20,000 nucleotides of DNA, from IMG/VR virus record IMGVR_UViG_3300046171_000218; one strand, written 5' to 3'. Source of the stretch: an uncultured virus (IMG/VR IMGVR_UViG_3300046171_000218). Its lineage: Duplodnaviria; Heunggongvirae; Uroviricota; Caudoviricetes. This document shows, piece after piece, positions 15,812-20,000 of this stretch. The translations under genes and the position numbers were made by a program. Below the pieces are notes generated by a model that worked only from the letters and a program-made list of their open reading frames with translations, did not search any database and was not told the DNA's origin. Position 1 is the first letter of the stretch. The number at the start of each line of letters is the position of its first letter.

Positions 15812-18800
15812 TATGCAAGTGCTATCACTCTAAGGTTTCTAATCTTAGGCGGATTTGCCTGATTAGTAGATGTGAGGAGAAGTTTAACTCTGTATGATTT
15901 GAAAGAGGGAAGTTCATCAATTGTAAATGTATGCTCTCTATAATCTTCTGCAGGGGAAACAAAAGTATCAGAAGATCCATCATTATTTGCAACATCAATA
16001 ATTTGTCCTCTCTCATCAATATTATTAAATCCAGGGAATAACTCATAGATGGGATTAAAGTTCTGATGATCTGAAATTGCAAACAATCCTCTAATATCAG
16101 AATCTCTATCCTTATAAACATCAACTATAATTTTTAATGATGTTGCTGGATTTTCTAATGAAATTTCTTTAGACAAGTATTGGAAAGCAGTAGGATCAGT
16201 ATCAATACCATTAACTCTACTATCAGTTACATAATTACTAATCACACTATCAACTCTGTTTGAAGTGTAAATAACACTCATTCTCTGAGTATCAATGACA
16301 GGAGAGACTCTAGAGTCAGTTGTTCCAAAATTAAGTCGCATCGTCATTGATTTGTTACCGGGTAAATTAGTGAGTTTTGCATCCTCATTTACCTTAGAAG
16401 CAATAATTCTTGGAGTTGAGAAATAATTTGATTTTGAAATTGAAATTGCTTCAAATCCTTGATCAATGAAGGGAATATCGTTTCCACTAATAGAAGATCC
16501 AGAAATAGTTCTTACCTCAGCATCAATATTTGTACCACTTACAGTTACATGTTGAATTTGTGGTGTTAAGATCTCAAAAGGAATATTTTGAGTAGACTTG
16601 ATATTAGAACCACCAGTGGACTTAGTTTCATTCATATAAAGAATTGGGAAACTTTCTCCAGTTGAACGTCCAACTCCGCTTGTTCCCATGTCAAGTTTTA
16701 CCTTATACGTATCAAATGTACGCGGTTCTGTTGCAGTTACATCGTTAAGATCATGAGTTTTATTAATTCTTCTGAGAGATACACTACCAAGTTCGTACTT
16801 ATGAACTTTAGTTCCTGCAAGATAGTTCTTTGCAGTCGTACTGTCGATTCCTCTTTCAGTGATGGTAATAGAGGTTCCAGAAGCAGACTCATATGAAATA
16901 ATTTCTTCACCAATTCTTAGATAACCTAAGTTAGTAGTCCCCACTCCAACATTCTCAAATGTATCAAATCCAGTCGTTGCATCTACAGAAATGGTTGATG
17001 TTGAAGAAGAATTTAATGCTGCTGCTAATTTAACAGGAAGAATGTCCGACTCAACATCAGAGATTGCTACTCTATTATCAGCAAAGTACATACCGTGATT
17101 CTTATGATTCACCGTAAAGTGAACCCCATCAGAAATGACATTGTTGATACCGTCAACTAAAACATTTCCACCTGTAGCATGATTAAGAGAGGTTGTAAAC
17201 CCATTATTTTTAACAAACTGAAGCGAGTGTCCAACACCGGTAATGAAGTCTCCTTGAACATTATCTAAGATAATCTCATTAGTATTAGCAATTGAAACTA
17301 ATGAAAGTCTAAGATTTCTTCCGAGGTTATTATTACCAATCGTAGAAATTCCTAAGACATCACCAACAACATAACCTTGTCCTCCACTTGCAGCAACATT
17401 TTCAGAAATTGTAGCAGCAATAGCGACTCCATTTTCAACAAAAATGTCTGCCTTTGCATTTCTTCCACTACTAGTAATATTTACAAGTTCAACTCCATTA
17501 AAACCATAATCACCTGAGGAGGGAGTTAATCCTATACCAGCATTTATAATGTTTAAATTTCCTGTGGCAATACCTGCATTTCCAATGTAATTACCAGATG
17601 CATTATTACCACTTTGCGATACAGTATTTCCTAATGTTAATACCTCATCCTGAAGTGTAGATCCAATACCAATACGTACTGATCTCGATGCAAGGCTGAT
17701 TGAGTTGGGAAGAAGTTTGGCGACTTGATTATTACCACTACTCAATTCAGGACTATAGACTTCAATTGATCCGTTTGTAACGAAATCTGCTCTATAAATT
17801 GTAAATTTAAGATCTTCCCACTGACTTGGTTCCCAAACAGATCCATTTTGTGACTTATAAAGAGATCCAAGGTAAGGTTGATTGGAGACGAATGTTTGAG
17901 TGATTAAATCATTCTCATTTACTCTTGATATAAACACTCTATATCTTGCAGATGCCGATCTGATAACCATTGCATATTCAATACCTGGTTCAAGATAAAC
18001 AGGAGAAGGAAGTGTAAAAGTGGTTGCAACAGATCCATCTGTGCTTATATTAACATCCTCGGGAGATAAAATTGCTTGTGATAATGGCAGAATCTTTGTT
18101 GTTGGAACACCGTTTTGAACCGTTCTGAGTTCAAAAATAACAGGTATTCCGAGATTATCTACTTGTTCAAAGAAAATATCACACTTTGTGAAGAAAATAC
18201 CAGTTGTATCTTCAACTACAAATGTTTGAGCGAGAGGATCGGGTGGGTTAGTAACTTCGGTGTTAGTAGTTACAATCTCTGAAGAAATAATCTGTGTGGA
18301 TACAGTATCATTTATTTGTGTTATTTCTCTAGAATCGTTAATATTTTGTGATTGAATTGCAGCATTTCTAACTGAAACAATATCTTCTTGTACCGTTTCT
18401 ACAATACCACTGATTAAGAATGTTGATGTTGCGCGAGTAGATGCATTTCTGAGATCATTATTGTCATCATCAATAAATGTGAGTACTTTTGTGCCAACTT
18501 CAAATCTGGGATTAGTGCTGATATTTGGATCAGGAATAAAGAAACTTCCGATAAGAGAAGAAGTTGAATCAGAAACTAATCTGACTTCGGAAACAGTTGC
18601 CTGAGCACCGCTTGTTTCACCAACTAGAATCATCTCTGGTGCGACACTACCAATAAATGATCCTTGTGGTTGATCGCATAGAGAGAATGTATCTACATTT
18701 AAAATCGTAGATGTTGATGAATAAGCACTAGGAAGTGTTTGAGATGTATTATATGGATTTGTGACAAATACTTCAGTTGCACTATTGAAAGATCCAGATT

Positions 18801-20000
18801 TATGATTTGCCTGAGCAACCCTAAACGAAATGGTGCGATCTCCCTCTGATGTAGATGTATCACCAACCGGACGCATTGATCCAGTAATAGTCTCTCCTAC
18901 TTGGAAAGCTCCAGAAATCATTGAAATTTCAAGAAGTTTTGGAATACAATAATCAGTGATGGCAACACCATCAAAGAATCCATAAACCCTAGTATTTGGT
19001 TTAAGAGACTTGATATTAAACTCAATATTTCTAGATCTTGCAAAAGAAATAAGATCTCTACTAATTACTCTATCTCCAAGAGACTCATTATCAAATTGCT
19101 CAGTAACTACAGTTCTTGTTCCTGTTCTAGTTGCAACACCAGTCTCTAATAGTTGACGTGTAGTATCTCTAAAAACAGTGGTAGTAGTAACTCCGCCTTG
19201 TCTCTGAATTGCAGTTCTAGTTTCAGATCCAAGAACTTCTTCCTGTCCAGTCCAATTATTAATCCATGAATTCCAAATTGCTGGGGCAAATCCTGTTTGA
19301 GGATCAACATTGAGAGTTCTAGTTGCTCTTTCAAGAGTTTCAGTAAAGTCACCCTCAGTCTGAATGATATTTGATTCAAGTCTAACTTGATCAGTCCATG
19401 AATCAGAAGCGGGAAGGAGTTCAAGAGCACCCACCCAGAAACCAATAATAAACGGAGTTACACTTTCAGTTCTTGTTCCAAAAGATTGCTTTAACCATTC
19501 AACATCATTATAATCAAGAGTTACAATATCTTTTGTCTTTCTAATATTAGTTCCGTCTGGATTAGTAAATCTCAAATCTCCAGATCCATTCAGACTTTGT
19601 GATAAATCTGTTTGAGTTGTGTAGTGTTTGGGACGTGCTTCTTTCTGATTAAAATCGACGCTATTCTTTAGATCGACAGATTCTTCTTGAGCAAGAAATG
19701 ATGTAAAATTATCAACAAAGAATCCAGACTTAAATCTGTTTAGTCCATTTGCATCAGGAACAAACAGATTAGCAGTGTTTGTTTCAAGAAGAGAAAGTGA
19801 TGTGAAGAACTCAAGATTCTTGATTCTATTTTCAAGTTGCTTGATATCAGTCATTCTGTAACGCTTATGCTCTAAGAATTTCTTAGAAGCGTTACTTACA
19901 TCATAAAGAAAAGGAGGAAGAGATACTGTGGCAATTTCTAAAGCATCATCAACTGAAGTTGGATTTTGTGGATTTTCGGAGGGTGCTCCATATTTAACTT
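15811..20000 (-). CDS. Large virion structural protein, VrlC/DUF4815-like (5' end outside window)
   Basis: The frame is open from 19998 (VKYGAPSENPQNP...EIATVSLPPFLY...HKRYRMTDIKQLENRIKNLEFFTSLSLLE). Motifs NRFKSGFFVDNF, DPLAQTFVV, QPYLGSLYKSQNGSVWEPSQWEDLKFTIYRADF and terminal PPKIRNLRVIALA match this family. The track start at 19854 is an internal Met. Confidence 0.88.
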   Translation of the reverse strand, partial: VKYGAPSENPQNPTSVDDALEIATVSLPPFLYDVSNASKKFLEHKRYRMTDIKQLENRIKNLEFFTSLSLLETNTANLFVPDANGLNRFKSGFFVDNFTSFLAQEESVDLKNSVDFNQKEARPKHYTTQTDLSQSLNGSGDLRFTNPDGTNIRKTKDIVTLDYNDVEWLKQSFGTRTESVTPFIIGFWVGALELLPASDSWTDQVRLESNIIQTEGDFTETLERATRTLNVDPQTGFAPAIWNSWINNWTGQEEVLGSETRTAIQRQGGVTTTTVFRDTTRQLLETGVATRTGTRTVVTEQFDNESLGDRVISRDLISFARSRNIEFNIKSLKPNTRVYGFFDGVAITDYCIPKLLEISMISGAFQVGETITGSMRPVGDTSTSEGDRTISFRVAQANHKSGSFNSATEVFVTNPYNTSQTLPSAYSSTSTILNVDTFSLCDQPQGSFIGSVAPEMILVGETSGAQATVSEVRLVSDSTSSLIGSFFIPDPNISTNPRFEVGTKVLTFIDDDNNDLRNASTRATSTFLISGIVETVQEDIVSVRNAAIQSQNINDSREITQINDTVSTQIISSEIVTTNTEVTNPPDPLAQTFVVEDTTGIFFTKCDIFFEQVDNLGIPVIFELRTVQNGVPTTKILPLSQAILSPEDVNISTDGSVATTFTLPSPVYLEPGIEYAMVIRSASARYRVFISRVNENDLITQTFVSNQPYLGSLYKSQNGSVWEPSQWEDLKFTIYRADFVTNGSIEVYSPELSSGNNQVAKLLPNSISLASRSVRIGIGSTLQDEVLTLGNTVSQSGNNASGNYIGNAGIATGNLNIINAGIGLTPSSGDYGFNGVELVNITSSGRNAKADIFVENGVAIAATISENVAASGGQGYVVGDVLGISTIGNNNLGRNLRLSLVSIANTNEIILDNVQGDFITGVGHSLQFVKNNGFTTSLNHATGGNVLVDGINNVISDGVHFTVNHKNHGMYFADNRVAISDVESDILPVKLAAALNSSSTSTISVDATTGFDTFENVGVGTTNLGYLRIGEEIISYESASGTSITITERGIDSTTAKNYLAGTKVHKYELGSVSLRRINKTHDLNDVTATEPRTFDTYKVKLDMGTSGVGRSTGESFPILYMNETKSTGGSNIKSTQNIPFEILTPQIQHVTVSGTNIDAEVRTISGSSISGNDIPFIDQGFEAISISKSNYFSTPRIIASKVNEDAKLTNLPGNKSMTMRLNFGTTDSRVSPVIDTQRMSVIYTSNRVDSVISNYVTDSRVNGIDTDPTAFQYLSKEISLENPATSLKIIVDVYKDRDSDIRGLFAISDHQNFNPIYELFPGFNNIDERGQIIDVANNDGSSDTFVSPAEDYREHTFTIDELPSFKSYRVKLLLTSTNQANPPKIRNLRVIALA

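Noticed and set aside
619..19445. Short alternative-frame minus-strand ORFs (619-930, 4249-4458, 8374-8640, 9976-10161, 13392-13580, 13788-14084, 15825-16124, 19146-19445)
   Set aside because: They lie inside longer well-supported genes and have the Leu/Gln-rich composition typical of off-frame translation.
1..20000. tRNA/rRNA genes, introns, inteins, homing endonucleases, IS elements, intrinsic terminators
   Set aside because: Intergenic gaps are all 80 nt or less and accounted for; I recognised no cloverleaf, LAGLIDADG/HNH/GIY-YIG or transposase motif, and no convincing GC-rich hairpin plus U-tract on the coding strand.

Overview
This window is the late (virion structural) region of a T4-like marine cyanomyovirus, with all real genes on the minus strand. 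Read from 20000 towards 1, it holds the 3' part of a large VrlC/DUF4815-like virion protein, a 75-aa coiled-coil protein, and a 58-aa NblA-like ORF that the ORF track missed. Next come neck proteins gp13 and gp14, tail terminator gp15 and small terminase gp16. These are followed by the hypervariable island that lies between g15/g16 and g17/g18 in these phages. The island encodes a small Ig-like adaptor, a 96-aa linker, a ~986-aa PKD-like protein, a 455-aa fibre-like protein, a 62-aa coiled coil, a ~336-aa fibre/branching protein and a >1770-aa repeat-rich fibre that runs off the window. Seven T4-type late promoter motifs ((A/C)TAAATA) sit in the short gene junctions. About 15 single-base indels, mostly insertions in short homopolymers, split 8 genes including essential gp13, gp15 and gp16, and are most likely long-read consensus errors. 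The best leads are the NblA-like gene in the neck operon, an apparent plug-and-socket chain of docking motifs across the island proteins, and TATATA-centred palindromes in a fibre-gene leader. All family assignments come from motif recognition, not database searches.
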